From a virus, in the IMG/VR virus record IMGVR_UViG_3300036790_000551, positions 1-64,000 of that record: a DNA stretch of 64,000 bases; one strand, written 5' to 3'. Below are positions 17,852-27,846 of the stretch, piece by piece. Position 1 is the first letter of the stretch. Every line of letters starts with the position of its first letter. A program made the translations under genes and the position numbers. The notes under the pieces are model-generated. The model worked only from the letters and a program-made list of their open reading frames with translations. It was not told the origin of the DNA and made no database searches.

Positions 17852-18157
17852 ATGCCGAACGAGAACGACGAAACGTCTCGGACCGTCTCGCAGCAGGAGG
17901 TCTACATGACCCTGGCTCGACTCGAGGCCGTGGCTGCGACCACCGCGAACGACGTCGGCCAACTCAAGCACACGCTGCTTGAGGGCAACGGAGTCCCGTC
18001 AATCACGGTTCAGGTTGCGACGCTGAACGCCGACATGGCGACGGTGAAACAGCAACTCGCTGACCATCGGATTCCCCGGTCCACGATGATTCCCATGCTC
18101 ATCACAATCATCATCGCGGTGGCGGACATCCTGATGAACTTTCATATGAAGGTCTGA
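17852..18157 (+). CDS. coiled-coil protein with C-terminal TM helix (lysis-related?)
   Basis: heptad pattern then MIPMLITIIIAVADIL. Confidence 0.5.
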   Translation: MPNENDETSRTVSQQEVYMTLARLEAVAATTANDVGQLKHTLLEGNGVPSITVQVATLNADMATVKQQLADHRIPRSTMIPMLITIIIAVADILMNFHMKV

Positions 18158-18159
18158 GA

Positions 18160-20418
18160 GTGGCCGGTCGCGAGAACTCCACCGCCATGGCCGTGCTCCC
18201 CGGTGACCCGCCCGGGAGGAACGCCTGCGCCTGGATTCGCGGCCTGCTCGGTGACCGCTCCAAGTTAATCGTTGTAGCCCAGAGCGGGAAACTCGCGCCT
18301 GGCAACTTCGAGCGGCTCCTGCGGGCCTCGATGCCTGACTGCGAGAAGAAACTCCGGGTGATGGACGCGGGCGGCTCCGGACTGGCCGCCGCCGTCAACT
18401 CGGCCGAGCGCAATCGCCTCTATCGACCCGGCCAGGCCCTGCAGGTCTTCTGCGACCGCGAACTCGGCGAGCGGTTCACGCATGAAGTCAAGTCCGGTCA
18501 ACTCAAGTTCGACCCGACCGTCATTCAGGTCCTGCCCTCGGACGTCCCCCGGGACGACCTAAAGGGAATCCTGACCGCGGCGAAGGGCGATGACCTGGCC
18601 GCCCTGCATCGCGTCCTCGACCCCCATGTCTTCTCCAGCCCGGAGGGCGTCGGCGAGTATAAGTCCGCGCTCTTCGATGGACCCGCCGACCCGGACGACG
18701 CCCTCTTCTCCAGCGTCGTCTCGTCGGGACCGCCGCCGAAGCCAAAGAAGAAGAACGAGGGCATCGTGGAGCCCACGTTGGACAGCCAAGCCATCGACGA
18801 GGCCCCCGACAAGATGGTCTCGCTTCAGGCCGCGGAGAAGCGCTGGCCCGACGCCGTCCCGATGATGGACCGCGACCTTCCGCAGGGGGCCGGTAACATC
18901 ACGCTGTTCGTGACTCCCGTGGGGGACCTCGTGGCGAACGTCCGGGGGAGCGGCCAGTATTTTTGGAGCCAAGACGCCGGAGCCTGGATTCCCGGGACCA
19001 AGCCGGGGCAGACGCGCGCCGACCAGGGAAAGCATCGAAGGCGTTGGGCGGTGTGGAACTTCCACGACAACAACCTCTCAGCGACTGAGGCTCAAACTCC
19101 GCAGGAGGCCTTAGAACACTTCTTTGATACCTCACGGGGTGGTGAGAAACTCTCTCGCTTTCGTCCGACCGTTGGCAACCACCCTGTACATTGGGAGTGG
19201 AGTGACTGGGACGTCTATGACGTCTCAACGCCGCAGAAGTTGGCCGCGGTCGCACTGGAGATTGGTAATCAGTTCATCAACCGCGGTGATGCACCGGAGG
19301 ACTTCGCTAGTCACTGGGAGCCCGAGTTCGGTCAGGTGCCGCCATCGGTGATGGACCAGTTGACTGCGCGCTTTGACGCCGCCGGACCAGACGGCGCTGA
19401 TGAGTTAGACGCGTGGTGCCCACACTGTCACTACGTCGGGTATCCGAACCTAGTCGGTGAGCCGTGTCCGGTATGCGCTGATGAGGGTCGACGTACTGTG
19501 ATGACCGCGATGCCTGATAGGAACGAGACCCTCGTCCGCGAGTTCTGGACCGACATCGCTCCCTCCAAGGAGGTGGGCGTCCTCATGGTCCATGACCTGC
19601 TGCGGGCAGTAATGGGTGACCGGGACTTCGAGTCCCTCGAGTACCTGGGCAGCGGTCGCAACGGCTCCGCCTATCGGACGCCCGAGGGACCGGTCCTCAA
19701 GGTCACGACGGACATGGCCGAGGTCGGCTCCGCGATGCGCTTGATTGGCCGGCGGCTGACCCACATCCACGAGGTCTATCGGGTGGCCCCCATCGGCGAC
19801 CCCCCAGGTCGTCTGTACGCCATCCTCCAGGAGGGGGGCCTTGGGGAAGTCCCGGCCTCCTATCGGGAGGAACTCGACCTAGCCTGCGCCATCGTGGAGG
19901 CCGCCGGGGCCTCCCGCTCCCTCCAATGCGGGGACGAGGACGACCTGCTGGCCCGATTGGCGGAGTTCCCGGACGATGAGATGGCCGAGTTCGCGGCCGG
20001 CGTCCTCGACATGTTCTCCGTTCCCGGGATGATGCTGGAGGCCCGGCAGTTCGGGCTCCGCATCGACCTGCACGGGGGCAACGTCCGCCTCCGGGACGGC
20101 TTTCCGGTCCTCGTGGACCTCGGCACGGTCGGCGATGACCCAGAGAGCGAGTCCGAGGGCAATGGCGTGCCTCCTGACCAAGGCGACCGGCTAAGTGAGT
20201 ACGGCACCGGTTCACCGGGGTCAGGCGCGAACGGTCCGCCCACGATGCGGAGTTCCAACTCGTCGTCCTGGTCCTGTGGGGTCGGCGCCCTGAAGCAGCC
20301 GCAGAACCACGTACCCACGGACGACAATGCAACAGAGGACGACCTCGCTCTCGACACCGACATCGTCGGTGGCGGCCTCGACTGGGGCCCCGGCCGCCGA
20401 AACGGCAGCAGTTACTAA
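18160..20418 (+). CDS. multidomain protein with C-terminal protein kinase-like domain
   Basis: LGSGRNGSAY, VLKVT, DLHGGNV, LVDLG; CPHC/CPVC Zn ribbon. Confidence 0.7.
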   Translation: MAGRENSTAMAVLPGDPPGRNACAWIRGLLGDRSKLIVVAQSGKLAPGNFERLLRASMPDCEKKLRVMDAGGSGLAAAVNSAERNRLYRPGQALQVFCDRELGERFTHEVKSGQLKFDPTVIQVLPSDVPRDDLKGILTAAKGDDLAALHRVLDPHVFSSPEGVGEYKSALFDGPADPDDALFSSVVSSGPPPKPKKKNEGIVEPTLDSQAIDEAPDKMVSLQAAEKRWPDAVPMMDRDLPQGAGNITLFVTPVGDLVANVRGSGQYFWSQDAGAWIPGTKPGQTRADQGKHRRRWAVWNFHDNNLSATEAQTPQEALEHFFDTSRGGEKLSRFRPTVGNHPVHWEWSDWDVYDVSTPQKLAAVALEIGNQFINRGDAPEDFASHWEPEFGQVPPSVMDQLTARFDAAGPDGADELDAWCPHCHYVGYPNLVGEPCPVCADEGRRTVMTAMPDRNETLVREFWTDIAPSKEVGVLMVHDLLRAVMGDRDFESLEYLGSGRNGSAYRTPEGPVLKVTTDMAEVGSAMRLIGRRLTHIHEVYRVAPIGDPPGRLYAILQEGGLGEVPASYREELDLACAIVEAAGASRSLQCGDEDDLLARLAEFPDDEMAEFAAGVLDMFSVPGMMLEARQFGLRIDLHGGNVRLRDGFPVLVDLGTVGDDPESESEGNGVPPDQGDRLSEYGTGSPGSGANGPPTMRSSNSSSWSCGVGALKQPQNHVPTDDNATEDDLALDTDIVGGGLDWGPGRRNGSSY

Positions 20419-21220
20419 CAACAGCAACAGCAGCAGAAGCGAGACCCGCTTCGGGTGGCGACCGCTGGCCGCCTTCCTGCTCAATGCCGAGTCTCCCCAT
20501 GAGACCGAGGCTCGGCTTGAACTGACGCTCGTGGACGCCCTGGGCCAGGACATAGTCAAGCGAGCCGGGGAGCGGACCCAGAGTCACGACCTGGAAATCA
20601 AGAACAGTGTCTATGCCCGGGTCTTCGGCCTGAGCGAGGGCAAGTACGAGGTCAAGGGTCTCTGGCGAAGGAACGAGTCCTCGGTGTTCGACCGTCGCTT
20701 CAAACTCGGGCGTCGCGGGGAGACGGTTTACGGCCGTCGGGACGCGGCTGTCAAGGCCTTCGCCCTCGGGCTGGAGTCCGAGATTGACGACATCTTGGAG
20801 CACTCTGTCTTCGTGGATAGAAACATCTCCGCTGGGTCCGGTCCGGACGCCCTCCGTAGGTTCGTGGACGACACGCACGACTTCATTGACCGGGCCCTGA
20901 CTCGCCGACATTCCAAGTCATTCGTTGTCCGACTCGAGCGGCTCGCGCGCTCCTCACTGGGAATTCCCAAACTGACGGACGCTGCGCGTCGGGTCCTATC
21001 ATCTGCCGTCCAAGGGCCTGATATCATGGCTGGATTTGCCGATATCGCGGGAGTCTTTTTCGCCGCTGGTCCTATTTACACGTTGGTCAGTCACGACGAG
21101 ATACCGCATTTTCTGTTCTTCGATAGCGCGAGTTCCGAGGGACCGAGGTTGCGATTCGAGGGTGCAGTACCATCCGAAGCAACGTCACTGTCGAAACGAA
21201 AAAGGAAAGAAACGAAATGA
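20327..21220 (+). CDS. hypothetical protein (start uncertain)
   Basis: long ORF filling the gap and overlapping the SSB start (ATGA). Confidence 0.45.
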   Translation: MQQRTTSLSTPTSSVAASTGAPAAETAAVTNNSNSSRSETRFGWRPLAAFLLNAESPHETEARLELTLVDALGQDIVKRAGERTQSHDLEIKNSVYARVFGLSEGKYEVKGLWRRNESSVFDRRFKLGRRGETVYGRRDAAVKAFALGLESEIDDILEHSVFVDRNISAGSGPDALRRFVDDTHDFIDRALTRRHSKSFVVRLERLARSSLGIPKLTDAARRVLSSAVQGPDIMAGFADIAGVFFAAGPIYTLVSHDEIPHFLFFDSASSEGPRLRFEGAVPSEATSLSKRKRKETK

Positions 21221-22083
21221 AACTCGATGAGATTCGCGCCCGCCTGAAGACCCTGCAGGAGGGTCGCCCCAAGAGCAAACGCTGGAAGCCCAAGGACGAG
21301 CACCAGGTCCGCACGCTCCCGCTTCCCGGTGAGGAGGACCTCGCCACGGTCGTGAAGTGGCACTACGGCGTCGACGGCGGCCGCCAGATGTACTGCCCGA
21401 CCACCGACGGCAACGAGTGTGCCTTCTGTGACTTCGTGTCCTACCTTCGCTCGTGGAAGGACGAGAACGGCAAGGACAAGACGAAGGACCGCCGGGACAA
21501 GGACTGGGAGACCATCAAGAAGTTGGACGCGGCGACCAAGCACTACGTTCCAATCGTGGTCCGGAAGAAGGACTCGACGGACGTCGAGGGTCCGTTCCTC
21601 TGGGAGATGACCCCGAAGGTCTATCAGGAACTCCTGAAGATTTGCACGAACGACGACCGCAACGAGGACCACCCGGACGGCGGTGCCCTCCGCGTCCTGA
21701 CCTCAATCATGCACGGCGTCGACCTGACGGTGTCCCTCAAGAAGGCGAACACACCGGGCAACACGACGAGTTACGACAAGACCGAGGTCGAGCCTCGCAT
21801 CAAGTCGAGTCACCTGGTGAAGGGTGACAGGGCGGCGGGTGAGGCCCTAGTGGCCCGCATCCCGTCGATTGACGAGGTTGCCAAGGCCGTCTCCTCCGAG
21901 GAGGCCCAACGGGTCTTCGACGCCTGGATGAGCGGCTCCAGCGCGACCCCGGCCGACAGCGGTGACGCGGGCGTCGAGCACGCCAGCAACAGCGCCGAGA
22001 CCGCGGCGGCGGGCGGCGGCAGCGTCGACGACGTCATCAAGCGCCTCGAGGGCATGCTCGGCGACGACCAGCCGAAGGCCTGA
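21217..22083 (+). CDS. single-stranded DNA-binding protein (T4 gp32-like)
   Basis: WKP...VR.LP, HY...CP....EC.FC Zn site, G.DLTV, acidic C-tail. Confidence 0.8.
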   Translation: MKLDEIRARLKTLQEGRPKSKRWKPKDEHQVRTLPLPGEEDLATVVKWHYGVDGGRQMYCPTTDGNECAFCDFVSYLRSWKDENGKDKTKDRRDKDWETIKKLDAATKHYVPIVVRKKDSTDVEGPFLWEMTPKVYQELLKICTNDDRNEDHPDGGALRVLTSIMHGVDLTVSLKKANTPGNTTSYDKTEVEPRIKSSHLVKGDRAAGEALVARIPSIDEVAKAVSSEEAQRVFDAWMSGSSATPADSGDAGVEHASNSAETAAAGGGSVDDVIKRLEGMLGDDQPKA

Positions 22084-22113
22084 GCCCGCGCTGCACGGTC
22101 GCTGAACGATAGA

Positions 22114-22141
22114 GAGGGAGGGCGCCTGCGGCCCTCCCCTT
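22114..22141 (+). terminator. hairpin downstream of SSB
   Basis: GGGAGGGC...GCCCTCCC inverted repeat then CTT. Confidence 0.45.
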
Positions 22142-22167
22142 CCACAACTTTGTCTGGAGCCTGACAC

Positions 22168-22677
22168 ATGCATGATTCCTGGTATCGGGTCATCGACCCA
22201 CTCTCCCCACTCTTCGGCTGCGACGTCAAGGGCGCGCCCGTCGTAAACCTGGGTCTCCCCATGGGCGAGTATCTCTCTATTTCCGCTCTCCGGCGCGTTG
22301 ACGTCTTCGTCGGCAACCGCCCGTTCCAACTGGTCGCTCCCGAGGGCCTGTTCCTCGGCCTCCTGATTGACGTTGAGCAACTCGAACTTTCACCGATTCA
22401 AGACGATGTGGTCGAACTCGCGGATGACCGTCCGTTCGGACGCTGCATCGACGAGTCTGAGATGACCCGCGCCGACGGCCTCACACTTCGAATCGCTCGG
22501 TACGAGCGCGGCCAACAGGTCGCCCTCGATGAAGGCCTCGGCGGTAAACTGCTGGCCTCGCGAACGTTCGGAGCCCCTGACGGCGCGGACTCGACCGGTC
22601 TGCGAGCGGTCATCAACATGTTCGCCGACGAGCGGCCGGTCGACGACATCACGTACGAGTTGAAGCGGAGGGACTGA
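22168..22677 (+). CDS. hypothetical protein
   Basis: ORF between SSB and RecA with GGAG RBS. Confidence 0.55.
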   Translation: MHDSWYRVIDPLSPLFGCDVKGAPVVNLGLPMGEYLSISALRRVDVFVGNRPFQLVAPEGLFLGLLIDVEQLELSPIQDDVVELADDRPFGRCIDESEMTRADGLTLRIARYERGQQVALDEGLGGKLLASRTFGAPDGADSTGLRAVINMFADERPVDDITYELKRRD

Positions 22678-22680
22678 GGA

Positions 22681-23913
22681 ATGCCACCGAAGAAGATGAG
22701 CGAGGTCGAGGCGGCCAGCGCCACCAAGGCCGTCGACCCCAAGACGATGGCGAACGCCATCCGGAAGTCGCTCAACAAGGACGACGAGGACAAGGTCGCC
22801 TGGGACCTCACGAAGGACGACAGCCCGACGTACATCCGCGACTGGGTCTCGACCGGCTCCACGATACTGGACTACATCATCAGCAACCGCCGCAACGGCG
22901 GCATTCCCTGCGGCAAGATAACCGAGTTGCAGGGTGAGGAGAGCAGCGGCAAGTCCCTGCTCTGCGCACACATCATCGCGAACACCCAGAAGAAGGGCGG
23001 CATCGCGGTCTACTTGGACACGGAGAACGCCTCGAACCCGGACTTCATGCGCCGCATCGGCGTGGACCTGGAGAAACTAATCTACGTCCAGCCGGGAACC
23101 ATCGAGAAGTCCTTTGAAATCATCGAGCAGATTGTGGCGACGCTCCGGGCCAAGGCCCCGACGCAGCCGGTGACTATTCTCTGGGACAGCGTCGGCAACA
23201 CCCCGCCGCAGGCGGAGATTGAGGGCGACTACGACCCGAACAGCCGCATGGGCCTGGGTGCCAAGGCGATGGCCAAGGGGCTCCGCAAAATCACCGACAT
23301 GATTGGCAAGGAGCAGATTACGATGGTCTTCACCCAGCCGCTCACGTACCGGATGGACGCCGGCATGTACGGCGACCCGCTGGGAACGAAGTACGGGAAG
23401 GCGCTGCCCTACCACTCCAGCGTCCGGCTCCGCGTCTCGTCCAGCACGAAACTGAAGGACAAGAGCGGTGAGATTTACGGCCTGGTCACGAACGGTCGCG
23501 TCATCAAGAGCCGGCTCGGAACGTCGCATCGGACCTGCAAGTTCGAGATTCACTTCGACTTCGGCATCGACGACGAGGCCTCGTGGTTCCTCGTGCTGCA
23601 CGAGGCCGGCGTGATTGAGAAGGACAACGGCTACTGCTACATCCCCGCGTTGCCGAGCGGTCGTGTCTGGGACAAGGGCGTGCACGCCGGCAAGGACCGC
23701 GGCATCCAGTTCCGAGAGGCCGAGTTCGGGCAACTCTGTCGGGAGGACAAGCGGGTCCGGGCCTGGGCGCTCGACGCCCTAGAGGCCCTGCTCATCGTGA
23801 AGTACGCCGAGCAGCGGCCGATTCGCGAGGGCGAGGAGGTCCCGAACGAGGAGGCCCAGGTCCCGATTAAGACGCCGCCGCCCAACGACGCCCCGGCCGC
23901 GGAGGACGACTAA
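22681..23913 (+). CDS. recA: RecA/UvsX recombinase
   Basis: STGS..LD, GGIPCGKITELQGEESSGKS, YLDTE, WDSV, GKAL.YHSSVRL. Confidence 0.93.
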   Translation: MPPKKMSEVEAASATKAVDPKTMANAIRKSLNKDDEDKVAWDLTKDDSPTYIRDWVSTGSTILDYIISNRRNGGIPCGKITELQGEESSGKSLLCAHIIANTQKKGGIAVYLDTENASNPDFMRRIGVDLEKLIYVQPGTIEKSFEIIEQIVATLRAKAPTQPVTILWDSVGNTPPQAEIEGDYDPNSRMGLGAKAMAKGLRKITDMIGKEQITMVFTQPLTYRMDAGMYGDPLGTKYGKALPYHSSVRLRVSSSTKLKDKSGEIYGLVTNGRVIKSRLGTSHRTCKFEIHFDFGIDDEASWFLVLHEAGVIEKDNGYCYIPALPSGRVWDKGVHAGKDRGIQFREAEFGQLCREDKRVRAWALDALEALLIVKYAEQRPIREGEEVPNEEAQVPIKTPPPNDAPAAEDD

Positions 23914-23915
23914 CG

Positions 23916-24167
23916 ATGCTTGACGAAGTAACGCAAGCGAAGCCCGACCCCGAGTACGGGCTGCTTCTGCTTCTCATCGAGCCGAAGATGGCCCAGCACC
24001 CACGACCGTGGCGCATCGAGTACGATTGGACGGTCGCGGTGCTTGACGCCGATGGCGTCTGCGTCCTCGAGTGCCACAACACACAGGAGGCCGAGATGCT
24101 CATCGGCCTGGCCGGCGACGCGGACGACTACTGTTTCAGGGAGATGTTCGAAAAGGAGTACGCTTGA
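23916..24167 (+). CDS. hypothetical protein
   Basis: ORF with HPRPWR motif and GAGG RBS. Confidence 0.45.
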   Translation: MLDEVTQAKPDPEYGLLLLLIEPKMAQHPRPWRIEYDWTVAVLDADGVCVLECHNTQEAEMLIGLAGDADDYCFREMFEKEYA

Positions 24168-24468
24168 TGTCATTGAAACTAACGCGCACGGTGGTTATTA
24201 ACTCAGAGCGACAGGCGCTGCATGATGAACAGTACGAACAGGTCAACTCGAAATGCACGAGTTTCACTGAATTTGTGTTGCCTAAGGCTAATATTCGTCT
24301 GAAGTGGAAACCTGAGGTCACGTTCGTCCCGCACGACGACGCTCCCGTTCCAATGGAATTGGGATTGAAACCATGCGGGTACGTCAACAGTCGGCCTTGC
24401 TACATCCTGCAGCACAAGGATGTCTTCGTGTTCAGGGACAAGTTAAAACTCTGTGTGGGACACTTCTC

Positions 24469-25026
24469 ATGCTAGGACAACGCTTCGAGGCCGGCCAATT
24501 CATCACGTTCGTGTACAACCCGCCTCCTCCCCCGCCCCCGAGGGTCCGGCCGGCCCGGGTCGAGAACCAACGCCAGCCCGACGGCTCACTCAAGCAGGTC
24601 GTGATTCCCGCCCGAGTGCCCCCTCCCCCGCCGCCGCCCAGCGACCGGAACAAGGAGGTCTTCGTGTTGCACCCGGCCTGGCATGGAAAACTCCATGCCC
24701 TGGACATGGGGCACCTGACCCCCGCTGAGGGTCAAATCGTGCGGGCCATGATGGACCCCGAGGTGAAGGCCCAGATTGACGCCGGGAAGTGGCCGGTCGA
24801 GGGGGCTCCGCCTTACCCCCTCCTACGTGACATTTTGCATCGCTCGAACCCGGTTGAACTCATCAAAAATCCTCTCGCGTTCTACCAGCAGCTCATCAAA
24901 CCTTTCATCAGACAGAGCGACGCATACCGGCAGTACTGGCCCCAGTACGTGAGCAACGTGCGGGTCGTCCAGGAGTCGAAGGTGCAGGGGCACGTGATGA
25001 ATGTAAAGCCGCTATTTCACAAGTGA
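24469..25026 (+). CDS. possible DNA end-protector (T4 gp2-like)
   Basis: GQFITFVY...LHALD..HL...IKP....AYRQY pattern; weak resemblance. Confidence 0.35.
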   Translation: MLGQRFEAGQFITFVYNPPPPPPPRVRPARVENQRQPDGSLKQVVIPARVPPPPPPPSDRNKEVFVLHPAWHGKLHALDMGHLTPAEGQIVRAMMDPEVKAQIDAGKWPVEGAPPYPLLRDILHRSNPVELIKNPLAFYQQLIKPFIRQSDAYRQYWPQYVSNVRVVQESKVQGHVMNVKPLFHK

Positions 25027-25049
25027 TAGCCGTCGTATAATTCGTTTAA

Positions 25050-25568
25050 ATGGGTAACAAAAGAAACGAAAATGGAGCCGAAGCTGAATCGTTTGTTCGA
25101 ACTGAACTGAAGAAGTTTTGTGACAAACATCCTGAGGTGGAGTTCACTGCAAATGCTCCGTCGACTCATTGGCTGCTGGCGAAAACTCCAACTGGGAAAA
25201 CTAGAAAGAGGCGTAAGGAGTTTCGACTCAGTAGTCCATCAGGACTACAGGTTTGTGTTGAAGTTAGAGTATCAGGCGGAGGCAGCCTCGATATCCCAAA
25301 GGCTGCCGATGAGGCTCTGAGTTGCTTCTCGTCTGGAAATCAAACACTCGTAGTGATACAGTCAGAAGTGTTTGCTGAGAAACACGGTTATAAATCCAGC
25401 GCCGCAATTGAAATGTTGCATGCGTATGAATACGCAGCGGAACTGATTGGATGCCAACTACGTGTTGCGAAAATGAATGACATGTTTGCTGTTCTTGAGG
25501 AGATGCTCAAACTTGAAACCGCTATTGAAATGGGTGGGGGGAAAGCGTCGCATCCTTCCGGAGGTTGA
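25050..25568 (+). CDS. PD-(D/E)xK restriction endonuclease-like protein
   Basis: NG..AE.FV...L helix; VEVRVSGGGS.D..K; AT-rich; overlaps the methylase fragment. Confidence 0.45.
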   Translation: MGNKRNENGAEAESFVRTELKKFCDKHPEVEFTANAPSTHWLLAKTPTGKTRKRRKEFRLSSPSGLQVCVEVRVSGGGSLDIPKAADEALSCFSSGNQTLVVIQSEVFAEKHGYKSSAAIEMLHAYEYAAELIGCQLRVAKMNDMFAVLEEMLKLETAIEMGGGKASHPSGG

Positions 25569-25704
25569 ACAGGCTCTTCGAGATGTCGGTTATGTTGAAG
25601 GCTCAACATTAGTTGAGCCTTTTTGCGGAGGAATGGCAGTTACACTTTCTCTTTTACCGAAGACCTCCATCATTGGAGATATCGGATGGTCAGATGCCAT
25701 CTGA
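25513..25704 (+). pseudogene. dam: truncated Dam-family adenine methyltransferase (N-terminal 63 aa)
   Basis: KPLLKWVGGK...LVEPFCGG.AV...IIGDI then stop; no DPPY half found. Confidence 0.8.
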
Positions 25705-26215
25705 CTTTGAAAAAATCTCTCTAACGTTTTCGCAAACTGCAGATGTTTTAGGCAATTTTTGTGGTTCCGGTGGAGCAGAAAAACAATGGTTTTCTACATT
25801 TCCACTTCTAAAAACGATTGATGGAACATTGAGGGAGTTTGCAGATGCCAATGCGTTTGATGTTCCATGCGAATTGAAAAAGGGGAAATCACGCGGAACC
25901 TTTGTTGATGCACACAAAATTCCAATTCATGATAATGATGTGAATCCGTATTTGCTTTATCTTCAATATGAAGCCAAGACGGGAAGACCAAAGGAATTGT
26001 TCGGTTCATCATTTGGTTTTTTAACGAAGTTTATTTTTGCCAATAAAATTCTATTAGATGAAGGCTGGGAAATTTCAAATATCATTGAAATGAAGAAGAG
26101 GAAGAAAATGCATTCTAAAATGCAGACTAAACTGCCAACACATTTTTTAGATGTGTTTCGTCAGATGTTGGTGAGTGGTGTGCCGGAGGTCTTTTATCGT
26201 GAGTTTAATGTCTAA
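25694..26215 (+). CDS. hypothetical protein (AT-rich)
   Basis: ORF in the low-GC island. Confidence 0.5.
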   Translation: MPSDFEKISLTFSQTADVLGNFCGSGGAEKQWFSTFPLLKTIDGTLREFADANAFDVPCELKKGKSRGTFVDAHKIPIHDNDVNPYLLYLQYEAKTGRPKELFGSSFGFLTKFIFANKILLDEGWEISNIIEMKKRKKMHSKMQTKLPTHFLDVFRQMLVSGVPEVFYREFNV

Positions 26216-26637
26216 ACCACACAAATGGAACATCGGCGACGAAATCGACGTCGATGTTAGCGTTCGTCGCGCGCAGGACCCAAGATATCCGCATGTCCAT
26301 GTGCCGAAGTATGAATTGATGACCGTCACGGAATTGAACGATAGCAGCGAGCCTTGCCGTGCTCAGCGCAAGGACTGTTCGTTTTGTTCTCTTCTCGGTA
26401 GGAAAATCAGGATTCCGCAGTGAAGGTTACACCAGAACAGAGGCGACGGTGTAATGCGGCACTCTTGGATTGGCTGTTGAAAACAGGATGTAAAGACCTA
26501 GAAGGTGTTAAATTCAGTCAACTCGTTCATGATTGGTTTCTAGCGAGAGAACGATTGAATGAACCAATCAACTTCAGTATTTTACGTGTGGAACCGGATT
26601 GGGAACTCTGGGAACATTACTTCGAAAAGTATCTCGG

Positions 26638-27846
26638 ATGACCAAAGCCATCGGTCCCCTTGTCCTAATTGACGGGCACAATTCATTCATTAGGAATTTT
26701 GTCCGCTCTCCCTACATGAACGCCCACGGCGAGCGGGCCGGCGGAACGGTGGGCATGGTCGTCTCGGTGCGTAAAATCATCAACGACTTCGGGGCCTCCA
26801 ACTGCCTCGTGGTCTGGGACGGCGAGGGCGGGAGCCAGCGCCGGAAGGCCATCTATAGCAACTACAAGGCGGGCCGGACCGTCCGCATGAACAAGCGCGA
26901 GGACGACATGGCCGAGACCCCGGAGGAGCAACTCGCCAACCTCCGGAAGCAGGTGGCGGACGCGAAGGAGTACCTCTCCCTCCTCGGCGTTCCGCAGGTC
27001 CGGTGCGACGGGGTGGAGGCCGACGACGTCATGGCCTACGTCGCCGGGAAGATGGACCACCCGAACGGCTGCATCATGGTGACGACGGACCAGGACATGC
27101 TGCAACTGATTCGGGAGAAGAGCCAACAGCACACCGAGGAGTGTGAATTGCGCTACACGCAGATGCAGCCACATGGAGCGCTGTCGGTTCCGCTCGACCT
27201 CACCGGTTACGACCTTAATTCACCGTTGATGACCAGGTACGCGACGACTAAATTGCGAAAGGACTACTACGGTCTGGTTCGTATCTGCGATTGTCCCTCC
27301 TCGTCTGAGGTGAGGGTCTACTCCCCGGTGAAGAAGGTCATGTATGACCGCAAGACGTTCATCTCAGACTACTCTGGGGTCCTGCCGGAGAACTGGCGCC
27401 TCGTCAAGGCGCTCACGGGAGACTCCAGTGATAATATCGAAGGCGTACGGGGGTTCGGACTGAAGACCGTCGTCAAGTCGTTCCCGTTCCTGCTCGAGAG
27501 GCGGGCGACGGCGGACGAGGTGATGGCGGCCGCCAACGGGCTTAAGGGCGTCGCGGGAAAGCGGCTCGTCGAGGACGAAAGTCGATTCCGTGAGAACCTG
27601 ACGCTCATGGACCTATCTGAACCCATGCTCAGCGCCACGGCGGCGAGGCAGGCGCGCGACGCCCTGCGACACGACCTCGGTTGCCGTGAGGTCGAGTTCC
27701 GCGTCCGCGTGGTCCGCGACGGGGTGTCGTTCACCGGTGACAACTTCGTGGGACCGTTCCGGGACCACGTTATTCGCCGCCGCTGGCTGCTGGGTGAGTT
27801 GTACGGGAAGACCGAAGAGTCCGATGACGGGGAGACGCAAGAGTGA
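26638..27846 (+). CDS. 5'-3' exonuclease / flap endonuclease (T4 RNase H-like) with internal insertion
   Basis: LIDGHN, VWDG, YKAGR, EADD, TTDQDMLQL, ALTGDSSDNIEGV.GFG.KT. Confidence 0.92.
   Translation: MTKAIGPLVLIDGHNSFIRNFVRSPYMNAHGERAGGTVGMVVSVRKIINDFGASNCLVVWDGEGGSQRRKAIYSNYKAGRTVRMNKREDDMAETPEEQLANLRKQVADAKEYLSLLGVPQVRCDGVEADDVMAYVAGKMDHPNGCIMVTTDQDMLQLIREKSQQHTEECELRYTQMQPHGALSVPLDLTGYDLNSPLMTRYATTKLRKDYYGLVRICDCPSSSEVRVYSPVKKVMYDRKTFISDYSGVLPENWRLVKALTGDSSDNIEGVRGFGLKTVVKSFPFLLERRATADEVMAAANGLKGVAGKRLVEDESRFRENLTLMDLSEPMLSATAARQARDALRHDLGCREVEFRVRVVRDGVSFTGDNFVGPFRDHVIRRRWLLGELYGKTEESDDGETQE

Noticed and set aside
20419-20436. CAA/CAG tracts (also near 500, 4596, 60331) as a repeat system
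   Set aside because: Short and inconsistent in context; no supportable function
27112-27310. Intein in the exonuclease, or in RNR, DnaE or helicase
   Set aside because: No C/S...HN splice termini and no size excess in those genes
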